Below are positions 44,339 through 54,097 of a stretch of 64,000 bases of DNA, one piece after another. Each line of letters opens with the position of its first letter. Position 1 is the first letter of the stretch. The notes under the pieces were generated by a model. The model did no database searches, was not told where the DNA came from, and saw only the letters and a list, made by a program, of their open reading frames with translations. The DNA comes from an uncultured Verminephrobacter sp. (lineage in GTDB: Bacteria > Pseudomonadota > Gammaproteobacteria > Burkholderiales > Burkholderiaceae_C). The stretch is from assembly GCA_964466605.1 (NCBI GenBank), contig CAYXSL010000002.1, positions 2,871-66,870 of the forward strand. Direction: 5' to 3'. The translations under genes were made by a program, and so were the position numbers.

Positions 44339-47143
44339 TCACCGGCTGCGTTCCGCCGACACATGTCCCTTGTTTTCGTACATGGCTTGGTCAGCACGGC
44401 GCAGCAAATCGGTGGCGTTGGTGCCGTCCCGGGGATAAATGGCGGTGCCCACGGCGGCGGAGACCCGCACCACGCGGCCACCGCCCAGGTCGATGGGTTG
44501 CTTGATGGCATTGAGCACGCGCTCCATGGCCACGGTGATTTCGGCGGGATCGGTGACGGCGGTGAGCAGCAGTACGAACTCGTCCCCGCCAAGGCGTGCT
44601 GCGGTGTCGTTGGCGCGCACCTGCTCTTGCAGGCGCTGGCCGGTCACGCGCAGCACCTCGTCGCCCATGTCATGGCCGTATTGGTCGTTGATGGGCTTGA
44701 AGCCGTTGAGGTCCATGTAGCACAGCGCGGCCATGCTGCCGGTGCGGTCGCACAGGGCCAGCGCCTGGGCGGTGCGGTCGGCCAGCAACAGGCGGTTGGG
44801 CAGGCGGGTCAGGCTGTCATGGAAGGCGATGTGCTCCACCTGCTGCTGGTATTGCTTCATGGCGGTGATGTCCTGCATCAGCCACAGCGATTCGCCGTCC
44901 GCGTTCAGGGCCACGCCGTTCACGTCGATCCAGATCTCTTCGCCCGTGAGTTTGCGCATGCGGCGCTGCTCGCGGTAGTGCTGGCCCGAGGCCAGAATCG
45001 GGTATGCATCGCGGCCAAAAGCCAGAAAGTCCTCGCGGTCCAGATACATCTCTTCGGTGGTCTGGCCCTGCAACTGGCCGGGGGCGTAGCCAAAAATCCG
45101 CTCCAGCGCCGGGTTGCGCCACCGGATGATGCGGTCCTTGATCTTGGCGATGCCGATCAGGTCGTTGTGCAGCATGGCCTGCTGCTCTTGGTTGAGGGCA
45201 TGCAGCGCCTGCCGCGCGGCGTGCAGCTCTGACACGTCGTACATGATGGAGCGGCTCATGACGAACTCTCCCGCCGCATCGCGCAATGCGGTGGCCGAGA
45301 CGCTCACCCGGCGCGGCTCGCGCCCCTTGCCCCGCAGGGTCAGCTCCAGGGGGCCGATTTGTCCGGTTTCCTGCAAGACCGGGAAGTATTTTGCAAACAG
45401 CGCCTGGCCTTCGGCATCGAAAAAATCGGCCACCCCCAGTTTGCCCACCACTTCCTCGCGGCTTACACCGAGCCAGGACAGGGTTTGCTTGTTGAGGTGC
45501 ACATACTTGCCGCGGCGGTCTAGCGCGTAGTAGCCGCAGGGGGCGTTGTCGTACAGGTCCTGGAACTGCTCGGATGCTCTGGCGAGCTCTGCCTCCAGCT
45601 GGCGGCGCTCGGTGATGTCGCGCCCCACCGACTGCCATTCCACCAGCTGCCCGTCGTCGTCAAACAGCGCCCGGTTGCTGAACTGGCACCAGTGGATGGA
45701 GCCGTCGCCCGCAAACACCCGGTTCTCAACCATCGCAATGGGGTTGGCGGGTGTGACGGCTGCCAGCTTTCGCGTAATCAGGGGGTAGTCGTCAGGGTGC
45801 ACCACGGGGGCCCAGACTTCGCCCAGCACATCGTCCCGCTTGAGGTTGAACAGCTGGCAGTAGGCATCGTTGACAAACGTAAGGCGGTTGCCCTCGTCAA
45901 AGCGGCAGATGATCTCGGTCTGGTCTTCCAGGATCGACAGGTAGCGCTGCTCGCTGCGCAGCAGGGCCTCGGTGCGCTCCTGCACCCGGCGCTCCAGGTC
46001 GGCGTTGGCGCGCTCCAGTGCGGCGCGCCCGTCGATGAGGCCCTGGGTCATGTTCTGCAGCGCAGAACGCAGGTGCTGGAATTCGACTGTCTCGGTCTTG
46101 AAGTCGAGCGCCGCGACCCGCCCCGTGGCCTCGACCTGGCGGGCGGCATCGGCCAGTTTTTCCACCGGCTGGCTGAAGCGCCGCGCCGCCCAGTAGGCCA
46201 CGCCCACCAGCATCACGGTCATCAGCACCAGCAGCACGGCCACGATGCTGTGCAGGCGGCTGATGGGCTGCAGGGCCAGGTCCAGCGGCTGGCGGGCCAC
46301 CAGCAGCCAGCCCAGGTCGGTGATGGTTTGCGAGGGCACGGGCATCACCCCCGTCAGGTACAGCGCGCCTTGCACCCCGCCCCACGACATCACCTGGAAA
46401 CTGCCCTGGTCCGGCAGGCTGGGCAAGGCCGAGCGCGGCAGCTCGACAGCGCCTGCCGCGTTGAGCACGCCGTCCCTGTTGACCAGCAAGACCTCCAGGC
46501 CACTGCTTTTGACCGAGGCCGGGCTGGCGCGGCGAATGATGTCCTGCACCCAGGCCCAGTTCACATGGGCCGAGATCACGCCTTTGAGTGCGGAGTCTTG
46601 CCCGCGCACGGGCGAGGCATAGTCCATGAAGCGCAATGGCACGCTGCTGCCGGGCTCGCGCAGGTGTTTGTCCAGCAGAACGGCTTCGTGGGCGTCGCCC
46701 ACATAGGGGCCGTTTTTGCCCGCGCCAAACCAGGGCCGCTGCGACACGTTCTGGCCCAGCAGCAGGTTGCCGGTGGCCACTTGCACCACGCCCGCCTCGT
46801 CGGTCAGGCCGATCCACGAATAAAACGGGTAGGACTGCCGGATCTGCTCCAGGTGCGCCTGCAGCTGGGGCCCGGAGCCCTCGGACCGCGTGACCATGGG
46901 CAGGTGGCTGAGCAGCGAGATTTCACGCTCGCGCTCCAGCATGCCCTGCGACAGCGCCAGCGCAATGGGCTGGCTGGCGTTGAGCAGCGACTGACCGCTG
47001 AGTTCGGTGAGGTGGCGGCTGAGCACCTCGTCGGCCACAAAACCGATGGCCAGGCCGGTGAGCACAGCGGTGCCGCCGAACAGCAGGGTCAGCCGGGCAC
47101 GGGTGGTCTGCAGCCAATGGGATATGACGGGCACCAGGGTCAT
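44339..47143 (-). CDS. Cache-HAMP-PASx3-GGDEF diguanylate cyclase
   Basis: Two TM segments around a periplasmic Cache-like domain (YSWIG, GPYVGD), HAMP, PAS repeats, DSLTRLPNR, DLNGFKPIND, RLGGDEF; ATG at 47143. Confidence 0.9.
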   Translation of the reverse strand: MTLVPVISHWLQTTRARLTLLFGGTAVLTGLAIGFVADEVLSRHLTELSGQSLLNASQPIALALSQGMLEREREISLLSHLPMVTRSEGSGPQLQAHLEQIRQSYPFYSWIGLTDEAGVVQVATGNLLLGQNVSQRPWFGAGKNGPYVGDAHEAVLLDKHLREPGSSVPLRFMDYASPVRGQDSALKGVISAHVNWAWVQDIIRRASPASVKSSGLEVLLVNRDGVLNAAGAVELPRSALPSLPDQGSFQVMSWGGVQGALYLTGVMPVPSQTITDLGWLLVARQPLDLALQPISRLHSIVAVLLVLMTVMLVGVAYWAARRFSQPVEKLADAARQVEATGRVAALDFKTETVEFQHLRSALQNMTQGLIDGRAALERANADLERRVQERTEALLRSEQRYLSILEDQTEIICRFDEGNRLTFVNDAYCQLFNLKRDDVLGEVWAPVVHPDDYPLITRKLAAVTPANPIAMVENRVFAGDGSIHWCQFSNRALFDDDGQLVEWQSVGRDITERRQLEAELARASEQFQDLYDNAPCGYYALDRRGKYVHLNKQTLSWLGVSREEVVGKLGVADFFDAEGQALFAKYFPVLQETGQIGPLELTLRGKGREPRRVSVSATALRDAAGEFVMSRSIMYDVSELHAARQALHALNQEQQAMLHNDLIGIAKIKDRIIRWRNPALERIFGYAPGQLQGQTTEEMYLDREDFLAFGRDAYPILASGQHYREQRRMRKLTGEEIWIDVNGVALNADGESLWLMQDITAMKQYQQQVEHIAFHDSLTRLPNRLLLADRTAQALALCDRTGSMAALCYMDLNGFKPINDQYGHDMGDEVLRVTGQRLQEQVRANDTAARLGGDEFVLLLTAVTDPAEITVAMERVLNAIKQPIDLGGGRVVRVSAAVGTAIYPRDGTNATDLLRRADQAMYENKGHVSAERSR

Positions 47144-47290
47144 GAAGAAGGCTGCGGTTGCAAGTTCTGTTGTGGGCCATTGTGGCACCGGGGCATGGCG
47201 TGGAACCTCGTGAAACCCCTTGTGCCAGCCGATGGCGCCCGGGCTTGGCGCTTGATCCAGGGGCCCATCCACAAGGGCTATGCTGCGCCC

Positions 47291-47794
47291 ATGGCCGCCA
47301 CCAAAACCCTGCTCATCGTCTACCACTCCATGACCGGCGGCACCCGCCAGATGGCCGAGGCCGCCTGCGCCGCTGCCCGGGCGGCCGAGCCCACCGTGGC
47401 GGTGCGCCTGCTGCACGCCGCAGAGGCGGGGGCGGCCGATGTGCTGGCGGCCGATGGCTACCTGTTTGCCACGCCCGAGAACTTGGCGGCGATCAGCGGG
47501 CAGCTCAAGGATTTCTTTGACCGCAGCTACTACGGCGTGCTCGACCAGATCAATGGGCGGCCCTATGCCTGCCTGGTCTGCGCGGGCAGCGACGGGCAGA
47601 ACGCGGCGCGGCAGATGGCGCGCATTGCCACGGGCTGGCGACTGAATGCGGTGGCCGAGCCGCTGATCGTGTGCACCCATGCGCAGACACCCGAGGCCAT
47701 CCTGGCGCCCAAGCAGATCGGTGCGGACGAGCTGGCGCGCTGCCAGGCGCTGGGCGAGGCCCTGGCGGTGGGGCTGGCGCTGGGGGTTTTCTAG
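47291..47794 (+). CDS. Flavodoxin-family protein
   Basis: LIVYHSMTGGTRQMAEA, ATPENLAAISGQLKDFFDR, AGSDG. Confidence 0.85.
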   Translation: MAATKTLLIVYHSMTGGTRQMAEAACAAARAAEPTVAVRLLHAAEAGAADVLAADGYLFATPENLAAISGQLKDFFDRSYYGVLDQINGRPYACLVCAGSDGQNAARQMARIATGWRLNAVAEPLIVCTHAQTPEAILAPKQIGADELARCQALGEALAVGLALGVF

Positions 47795-48762
47795 GCCGGG
47801 GTGGTCGGGCCCAGCGCGGGCGCCTGGTACACCAGCACCTTCAGTGCGCGGCCGGGCTCCACGTCGGCAAACACGGGCGGGTTGGCCACGCGTTCGACAA
47901 ACTGCAGCTCGGGTGCCAGCTCGTGCATCTGGCCCTGCAAAAAGTCCACGCCCAGCTCGGGCGCATTCAGGCACAGCAGCGCATGGCCGCCGGGGGCCAG
48001 CAAATCGGGCAGGCGGCGCATCAAGCGCGCGTAGTCCTTGGTGGCGACAAAGCTGCCCTTTTGGTAGCTGGGCGGGTCCACGATGACCAGGCCATAGGGG
48101 CCGCTGCGCGTGATCTTGCCCCAGCTGCTGAAGATGTCGTGCGGCAAAAACGCGGCGCCCGTGGTGATGCCGTTGAGCTGGTGGTTCTGCTGCCCGATGC
48201 CGATGGCGCCGTGGCTCATATCCACGTTGACCACCTGTTTGGCGCCCGCCTGCAGCGCCACCACCGAAAACGCGCAGGTGTAGGCAAACAGGTTGAGCAC
48301 CTTGAGGCCGTAGCGGTCCTGGCTGCGCGCGGCGGCGTAGTCGCGCACCCAGCGGCGGCCTGCGGCCATGTCGAGGAACAGGCCGTGGTTCTGCCCCCGC
48401 AGCACATGCACCCGGTAGCGTGCCCCGGCTTCGGTGACCATGTGCGGGTCGGGCACGGCCCCGGCCATCAGCCGCGTCTCGCTGCGGCCTTCGATGCGCA
48501 GGGCCTCGCCCCGGTGCTGAAACACCCAGTTCAGCGGCTCGCCCGCCGGGGCGATCTGCGCCCAGCGGGCTTCCAGCGCGGCGCCGATGGCGGCCAGCTC
48601 GTCCTCGGTGGCGGGCGCAAAACTCGTCAGCACCCACACGGGCGGATACGCGTCCAGCACCCACTGCTCTGCCCCCGGGTGCAGCCCGCCCCGGCCATGG
48701 AAGATGCGCTGCGCCTCGGCGGGCAGGGGCATGGTGGCAATGGCGTCGAGCAGGGCTTGCAT
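47791..48762 (-). CDS. Class I SAM-dependent methyltransferase (RlmI/RlmK-like catalytic domain)
   Basis: GQNHGLFLDM, VLNLFAYTCAFSV, VNVD, VIVDPPSY. Confidence 0.85.
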   Translation of the reverse strand: MQALLDAIATMPLPAEAQRIFHGRGGLHPGAEQWVLDAYPPVWVLTSFAPATEDELAAIGAALEARWAQIAPAGEPLNWVFQHRGEALRIEGRSETRLMAGAVPDPHMVTEAGARYRVHVLRGQNHGLFLDMAAGRRWVRDYAAARSQDRYGLKVLNLFAYTCAFSVVALQAGAKQVVNVDMSHGAIGIGQQNHQLNGITTGAAFLPHDIFSSWGKITRSGPYGLVIVDPPSYQKGSFVATKDYARLMRRLPDLLAPGGHALLCLNAPELGVDFLQGQMHELAPELQFVERVANPPVFADVEPGRALKVLVYQAPALGPTTPA

Positions 48763-48785
48763 GAATGGAAGTGTGTGGATGGGCT

Positions 48786-48852
48786 GGAAAATCAAGCAAA
48801 AAAGGCCGCTACCGCCTTCTGCATATGCCTTGATAGCTACGGATTCGATAGC
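48786..48852 (-). repeat. Dispersed ~65-bp repeat, copy f
   Basis: AAAAAAGGCCGCTACCGCCTTCTGCATATGCCTTGATA + GCTACGGATTCGATAGC core. Confidence 0.75.
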
Positions 48853-48857
48853 GCCCC

Positions 48858-49970
48858 TCAATTATCGCCGTTTGTGTTGGTGCCAAGCCATTGCTTGCGC
48901 GTGGTGCGTAGCCGAAAGCGCTGGCGGTAGGCCCCCGGGGTGGTGCCGCTGACGCGGTGGAAGATCTTGCGGAAGCTGCCCGTGTCGCTGTAGCCGCACT
49001 GCTGCGCGACAGCATCTACGGTGAGGTAGGTGGTCTGCAGCAGCGCCTGGGCCTGGGCGATGCGCAGGCGGTGCAGGTAGTCCTGCGGGCTCTCGCCATA
49101 CACCTGGGCAAACCAGCGCAGCAGCGTGCGCGGGCTGGTGGCGGCGGCACGGGCCGTGGCCTGCAGGCTGTACGGCTCGCTCCTGTGGTCCTGCAGCCAG
49201 CGGCGGGCCTGCTCCAGGCTGCCCGCGCCCATGGGGGCGCCGGTGGGTGTCTCCATGGTGGCGGTGGCCGTGAGCTGGCGGGGCGCGTCGAACAGCAGCA
49301 CATGCGACGCGGCCTGGGCCAGCTCGGCGGCGGGCGTCTGGGCCAGCAGGTCCAGCACCACGGGCAGGGTGTCCTGGGGGGCGGCCGATGTCCAGAGGAG
49401 GCCATCGCGCAGCCAGGGCCTGTCGCGCTGCCAGGCCACTTCGGCCGGGGGCACATCGCCCTGGACGCTGGCCTGGGCGCTGGCGCCCGACTGCAGCACG
49501 ATGGAAGGCGCAAAAGGCCAGGGCAGCGCCACGTTGCGCCCCGCCAGCAAGCCGCAGTCGGCCAGCAGGCTCGACCCGTTGAACAGCGCCGCCACCATCC
49601 CACCGCCCGCCACATGGGCGCGCAGCATGGCACCCAGGTGCTGGTGGTGGCGGCGGCTCACCTCGCGCAGCTGGGGCCCGGTGGGCACCAGCCAGCCAGG
49701 GATGACGATGGCGTGCAAGGGGCCCTGCAGCGCCCCGCTGTCGGGCACGGGCGGCGGCGCGGCGCCGTCCTCGCCCGGCGCCAGCAGCCAGTGCCAGCGC
49801 ATGGGGGCCTGGGCGGCGCCGGCGCGCATCGCGGCCAGCATGTTCATGGCGCGCAGCGCATCGACCACGGCAGCGGCGGTGCTGGCAATGCTGCCCGGCC
49901 CCCAAACGATGCCCACGTTCACCCCTCTGGGCGACGGGGTGGCGGGGGCTTCGGGTAGGTCTCTAGGCAT
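48858..49970 (-). CDS. GlxA/AraC-family regulator (DJ-1-like N-domain + AraC HTH)
   Basis: C-terminal SPRTLLRWF...LRIAQAQALL...VAQQCGYSDTGSFRKIF...TPGAYR; N-domain IVIPGW and WLRDGLLWTSA; start could be 50000. Confidence 0.85.
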   Translation of the reverse strand: MPRDLPEAPATPSPRGVNVGIVWGPGSIASTAAAVVDALRAMNMLAAMRAGAAQAPMRWHWLLAPGEDGAAPPPVPDSGALQGPLHAIVIPGWLVPTGPQLREVSRRHHQHLGAMLRAHVAGGGMVAALFNGSSLLADCGLLAGRNVALPWPFAPSIVLQSGASAQASVQGDVPPAEVAWQRDRPWLRDGLLWTSAAPQDTLPVVLDLLAQTPAAELAQAASHVLLFDAPRQLTATATMETPTGAPMGAGSLEQARRWLQDHRSEPYSLQATARAAATSPRTLLRWFAQVYGESPQDYLHRLRIAQAQALLQTTYLTVDAVAQQCGYSDTGSFRKIFHRVSGTTPGAYRQRFRLRTTRKQWLGTNTNGDN

Positions 49971-50009
49971 GGTGGCGATATTGCCATTGTTTGTGACCAT
50001 ATCGCCACC
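49971..50009. promoter_or_regulatory. 11-bp perfect inverted repeat between the divergent regulator and acylase genes
   Basis: GGTGGCGATAT-N17-ATATCGCCACC. Confidence 0.6.
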
Positions 50010-50113
50010 GTGTCCAGATGTTACCGGGCCGTAGCATGGCGGCGCTAGCAACAGCGCCCTGCCCTGGCCAAGGCCCACGGCGGGTACGACACGACACCTG
50101 GAGACACCCCACC

Positions 50114-52507
50114 ATGCGACAGAACACCGGCCTGCCCACAGGGCTGCCCCGCGCCCGATCCCCACTCTCCGCCCTGGCCGCCGCCAGCGCAGCGCTCGTC
50201 CTGGCGGGCTGCGCGGGCACGCCTGCGGGCACCAGCACCAGCGGCAAGGGCAGCAGCGTGACCATCGAGCGCACCACCTTTGGCATCCCGCACATCACCG
50301 CGCAAGACCCGGAAACCCTGGCCTACGGCGTGGCCTATGCCTATGCGCAGGACAACGTCTGCATGACGGCCGACCAGCTGGTGACCGCACGCGGCCAGCG
50401 CAGCAGCCACTTTGGCGCCAAGACCATCGGCCTGCTGGGCCGCCGCTACATCCCCAACGAACAGATCGACCTGTTCATGGCCGCCCACATGGACGACGCC
50501 CTGCTTGCGCGCAGCTGGGCCCGCACCAGCGCCCAGGTGCAGAGCATGGCGCGCGGCTACGTGGCGGGCTACAACCGCTACCTGGCCGACAACGCCGCCA
50601 CCCTGCCCGACGCCTGCCGGGGCAAGCCCTGGGTGCAGCCCATGACGCTGGCCGAATACCGCCGCATGGCCGAGGTGGTGGCCGTGCAGGCCGGCATTGC
50701 CGCCCTGGCCGACGGCATGCTGGGCGCCCAGCCCCCTGCCGCCAAGGCCGCCCAGGCCCCAGCCCCTCAAGTGAATCTGGCCGATGCCGCCCAGGCCATG
50801 CGCGACGTGGGCCTGCTCGACTCGCCCCTGGGCTCCAACGCCTGGGCCTTTGGCAAAGACGTGACCGCCAACGGCAGCGGCATGCTGCTGGGCAACCCAC
50901 ATTTCCCCTGGAGCGGCCCCAACCGCTTCTACGAGATGCACCTCACCATCCCCGGCCAGATGGACGTGATGGGCGTGGGCATCGGCACCTACCCCATGGT
51001 CTCCATCGGCTTCAACAAGGACGTGGCCTGGTCGCACACCGTGTCCACCGGCAAGCGCTTCACGCTGTACGAGCTGGCCCTGGTGCCGGGCGACGCCACC
51101 AGCTACCTGGTGGACGGCAAACCCGAGAAGATGACCGCCCGCAAGGTCAGCGCCCGGATCCCCGGCGCCGATGGTCAGCCCCAGACCCGGGAACACACCG
51201 TGTGGAGCACCCGCTGGGGCCCGCTGGTGGTGGTGCCCCGCGCGGGCCTGGGCTGGACCGACAAGACAGCCTACGCCCTGCGCGACGCCAACACCGGCAA
51301 CACCCGCATGATGAACGCCGCCCTGGCCTTTGCACGCGCCACCTCTGTGGGCGAGATGCACAAGGCCCATGCCTCGCTGGGCCTGCCCTGGGTGAATACC
51401 CTGGCCGCCGACCGCCACGGCCGCGTGCTCTACACCGACACCAGCGTGGTGCCTGATGTGGACGCTGCCCAGCTGGAACGCTGCGCCCCCAGCAAACCCG
51501 CCGCCGCGCTGCGCGGCGCAGCGGGCCTGGTGGTGCTGAACGGCGCACGCGCCGACTGCGCCTGGCGCGAAGACAGCACCTCGCCTGTGCCCGGCCTCAT
51601 CCCCATGGGCCGCATGCCGGTGGCCCTGCGCAATGACTGGGTGCACAACAGCAACGACAGCTTTGTCTACACCCACCCCGCGCAGAAGTTTGAAGGCATC
51701 TCGCCCCTGGTGGGCGACGCCAGCCTGACCCGCCCCCGCACCCGCGCCGGTCTGGCCGAGATCCCCGAGATGCTGGGCCGGGGCAAGGTCACCTTGCAGG
51801 CCATGCAGGACCAGCTGTTCCAGAACCGCAACTTCATGGCCCAGGTGGTGCTGCCCGACCTGCTGGCTGCCTGCGACAAGGCGCCCACGGCCGAATCCCG
51901 CGACGGCTGCGCCGCCCTCAAGGGCTGGGACCGCCGCAACAACGTCGATGCCCGCGGTGCCCATGTGTTCCGCGAGTTCTGGCGCACGGCGCGCAACATC
52001 CCCGGCGTACACCGTGTTCCCTTTGATGCGCAACAGCCCGTGGCCACCCCGGCGGGCCTGAAGATGGATGACGCCACCACCGCCGCCAAGGTGTGGGAAG
52101 CGCTGGATGGCGCCGTCAAGGCCATCCGCACCAATGGCTACACGCTGGACGCGACATTGGGCAGCGTGCAGCGCCCGGCCATCACCGAAGAACCCATTGC
52201 GCTGCACGGCGGCGAGGAATTTGAGGGCGTGCTCAACAACCTGGGCCGCCAGGAGCCCGCGCCCATCAACAAGGCAGGCTTGCGCATCGACTACGGCACC
52301 AGCTACGTGCAAACCGTGACCTTCGACGCCAAGGGCCCGGTGGCCCAGGCCATCCTGGCCTACGGCCAATCCACCAACCCCGCATCGCCCCACGCCAACG
52401 ACCAGATGCGCGAGTTCTCTGCCAAGCGCTGGCACACCCTGCCCTTCCACCGCGACGACGTGGTGAAGGCGCGCGTGGGCGAGCCGCTGCGGCTGGTGCG
52501 GCCTTGA
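50114..52507 (+). CDS. Ntn-hydrolase acylase lipoprotein (penicillin acylase / AHL acylase, PvdQ/Aac-like)
   Basis: Lipobox LAGC, GIPHI, YAYAQDN, beta-subunit start G|SNAWAFG, LLGNPHFPW, IGFNKDVAWSHT, HNSNDS. Confidence 0.9.
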   Translation: MRQNTGLPTGLPRARSPLSALAAASAALVLAGCAGTPAGTSTSGKGSSVTIERTTFGIPHITAQDPETLAYGVAYAYAQDNVCMTADQLVTARGQRSSHFGAKTIGLLGRRYIPNEQIDLFMAAHMDDALLARSWARTSAQVQSMARGYVAGYNRYLADNAATLPDACRGKPWVQPMTLAEYRRMAEVVAVQAGIAALADGMLGAQPPAAKAAQAPAPQVNLADAAQAMRDVGLLDSPLGSNAWAFGKDVTANGSGMLLGNPHFPWSGPNRFYEMHLTIPGQMDVMGVGIGTYPMVSIGFNKDVAWSHTVSTGKRFTLYELALVPGDATSYLVDGKPEKMTARKVSARIPGADGQPQTREHTVWSTRWGPLVVVPRAGLGWTDKTAYALRDANTGNTRMMNAALAFARATSVGEMHKAHASLGLPWVNTLAADRHGRVLYTDTSVVPDVDAAQLERCAPSKPAAALRGAAGLVVLNGARADCAWREDSTSPVPGLIPMGRMPVALRNDWVHNSNDSFVYTHPAQKFEGISPLVGDASLTRPRTRAGLAEIPEMLGRGKVTLQAMQDQLFQNRNFMAQVVLPDLLAACDKAPTAESRDGCAALKGWDRRNNVDARGAHVFREFWRTARNIPGVHRVPFDAQQPVATPAGLKMDDATTAAKVWEALDGAVKAIRTNGYTLDATLGSVQRPAITEEPIALHGGEEFEGVLNNLGRQEPAPINKAGLRIDYGTSYVQTVTFDAKGPVAQAILAYGQSTNPASPHANDQMREFSAKRWHTLPFHRDDVVKARVGEPLRLVRP

Positions 52508-52524
52508 GCAGCTCCACGGCCAGA

Positions 52525-52590
52525 AGTTTGAAGGTTTTTTGGCCTTTACCGCGCGTCCATCATGCCTCGATAGCTATCAAAACATGAGCA
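52525..52590 (-). repeat. Dispersed ~65-bp repeat, copy g
   Basis: GGTTTTTTGGCCTTTACCGCGCGTCCATCATGCCTCGATA + GCTATCAAAACATGAGC core, between convergent genes. Confidence 0.8.
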
Positions 52591-52636
52591 AATGATCCAC
52601 TCGCTGCCGCTGCCGCTGCTGCGGGTGGAAGCAAGG

Positions 52637-54097
52637 TCAGCGCAGCCCCAGCCGCGTGAGCTTCTTGACCAGGCCCACGCGCGAGATGCCCAGGCGGCGG
52701 GCGGCTTCGGACTGGTTGCCGCCTGTGGCGGCCAGGGTGTCGCGGACCATGCGGGTTTCCAGCTCGGTCAGGGCGGCATCGAGCGGGCCGGTGCCTGCGG
52801 GGGCTGGCGCGGTGTCTGCGCCCGTTGCCGGGGCCTCGGCCGCCATGTCGCCGCTGGCCAGTTGCAGCAGGGGCGCGTCCACCTCGCGCTCTGGGGGCAT
52901 CAGCAGCGCACCGGCGGATTCGATCACCGCCTTCAGCTCGCGCACGTTGCCGGGCCAGTCGCGCGCCATCAGCCAGGCCAGGGCGTCGGCCGACAGCCGG
53001 GCGTTGTGCGCCACGCGGTGCAGAAAGCGCGTGGCCAGCAGTGGGATGTCGGCGGGGCGTTCTGCCAGCGATGGGGTGCGCAGCACCACGCCCTTGAGGC
53101 GGTAGAACAGGTCTTCGCGGAAGCTGCCTTCGCGCACCATGGTCTCCAGGTCGCGGTGCGTGGCGGCCACCACGCGCACGTCGGCGCGCTTTTGTGCGCG
53201 CCCCCCCACGGGCACGAAGGTGCCCTCCTGCAAAAAGCGCAGCAGCTTGACCTGCATGGGCGGGGGCATTTCGCCCACCTCGTCCAGGAACAGCGTGCCG
53301 CCGTGTGCGGCCTCCACCAGGCCCGCCTGGTCGCGGTAGGCGCCGGTGAAGCTGCCTTTCATGTGGCCGAACAATTCGCTCTCCAGCAGCTCGGCCGACA
53401 GCGCGCCGCAGTGGATGGCCACAAACGGTGCTGCACCACGGGCGCTGTGGGCGTGCAGGGCACGCGCCACCAGCTCTTTGCCCGTGCCTGTGGGGCCCAG
53501 CACCAGCACGCTGACCTGGGTGGGCGCCACGCGGCGCACCAGCGCGCGCAGCTGCACCGTGGCCGCCGCCTGGCCCACCAGGCCCATGTCGTCCAGGCCC
53601 TGCGCATCCAGCGCCTGCCCGGCCCGCAGCGCTGCCAGCTCGCCGTCTAGCCGGGCCTTGTGCAGCCCGCGCGCCACCACAAAACGCAGCATGTCAGGGT
53701 CGATGGGTTTGGTGAGGAAGTCCCAGGCGCCCAGCTCGGTGGCGCGCAGGGCCAGCGCGTGGTCGCCATGGCCGGTCAGCACCACCACAGGCACGGGGGC
53801 AAAGCGCGGGATGAGTTCCAGTCCCACCTCGGGGTCCATGTGCGGGGGCATGGCCAGGTCCAGCAAGACCAGCTCGGGGCGGCGCTGGGCAAAGGCGGCC
53901 AGGGCCTGCGCACCATCGCCCGCCAGCGTGACCTCGTGGCCCAGGTTGCGCAAGAAGGCGCCGCCCAGGCGCTGGAAGGCGGCTTCGTCGTCCACCAGCA
54001 GCACATGGCCGTGGCCTGGCGCGCTGGGGGCATCGGCGCCACCCGCGATGCTCTGCGCAGGCGGGTGGCCGGAGGGTGCGTGGAAGGCTTGGTTCAT
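52637..54097 (-). CDS. Sigma54-dependent response regulator (NtrC family)
   Basis: [52 protein letters not shown], Fis-type HTH. Confidence 0.93.
   Translation of the reverse strand: MNQAFHAPSGHPPAQSIAGGADAPSAPGHGHVLLVDDEAAFQRLGGAFLRNLGHEVTLAGDGAQALAAFAQRRPELVLLDLAMPPHMDPEVGLELIPRFAPVPVVVLTGHGDHALALRATELGAWDFLTKPIDPDMLRFVVARGLHKARLDGELAALRAGQALDAQGLDDMGLVGQAAATVQLRALVRRVAPTQVSVLVLGPTGTGKELVARALHAHSARGAAPFVAIHCGALSAELLESELFGHMKGSFTGAYRDQAGLVEAAHGGTLFLDEVGEMPPPMQVKLLRFLQEGTFVPVGGRAQKRADVRVVAATHRDLETMVREGSFREDLFYRLKGVVLRTPSLAERPADIPLLATRFLHRVAHNARLSADALAWLMARDWPGNVRELKAVIESAGALLMPPEREVDAPLLQLASGDMAAEAPATGADTAPAPAGTGPLDAALTELETRMVRDTLAATGGNQSEAARRLGISRVGLVKKLTRLGLR

Noticed and set aside
44339-48799. 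1486-aa ORF suggesting a giant fusion protein
   Set aside because: The first ~550 codons are the antisense of the flavodoxin gene and an off-frame reading of the methyltransferase gene; the real GGDEF protein starts at 47143.
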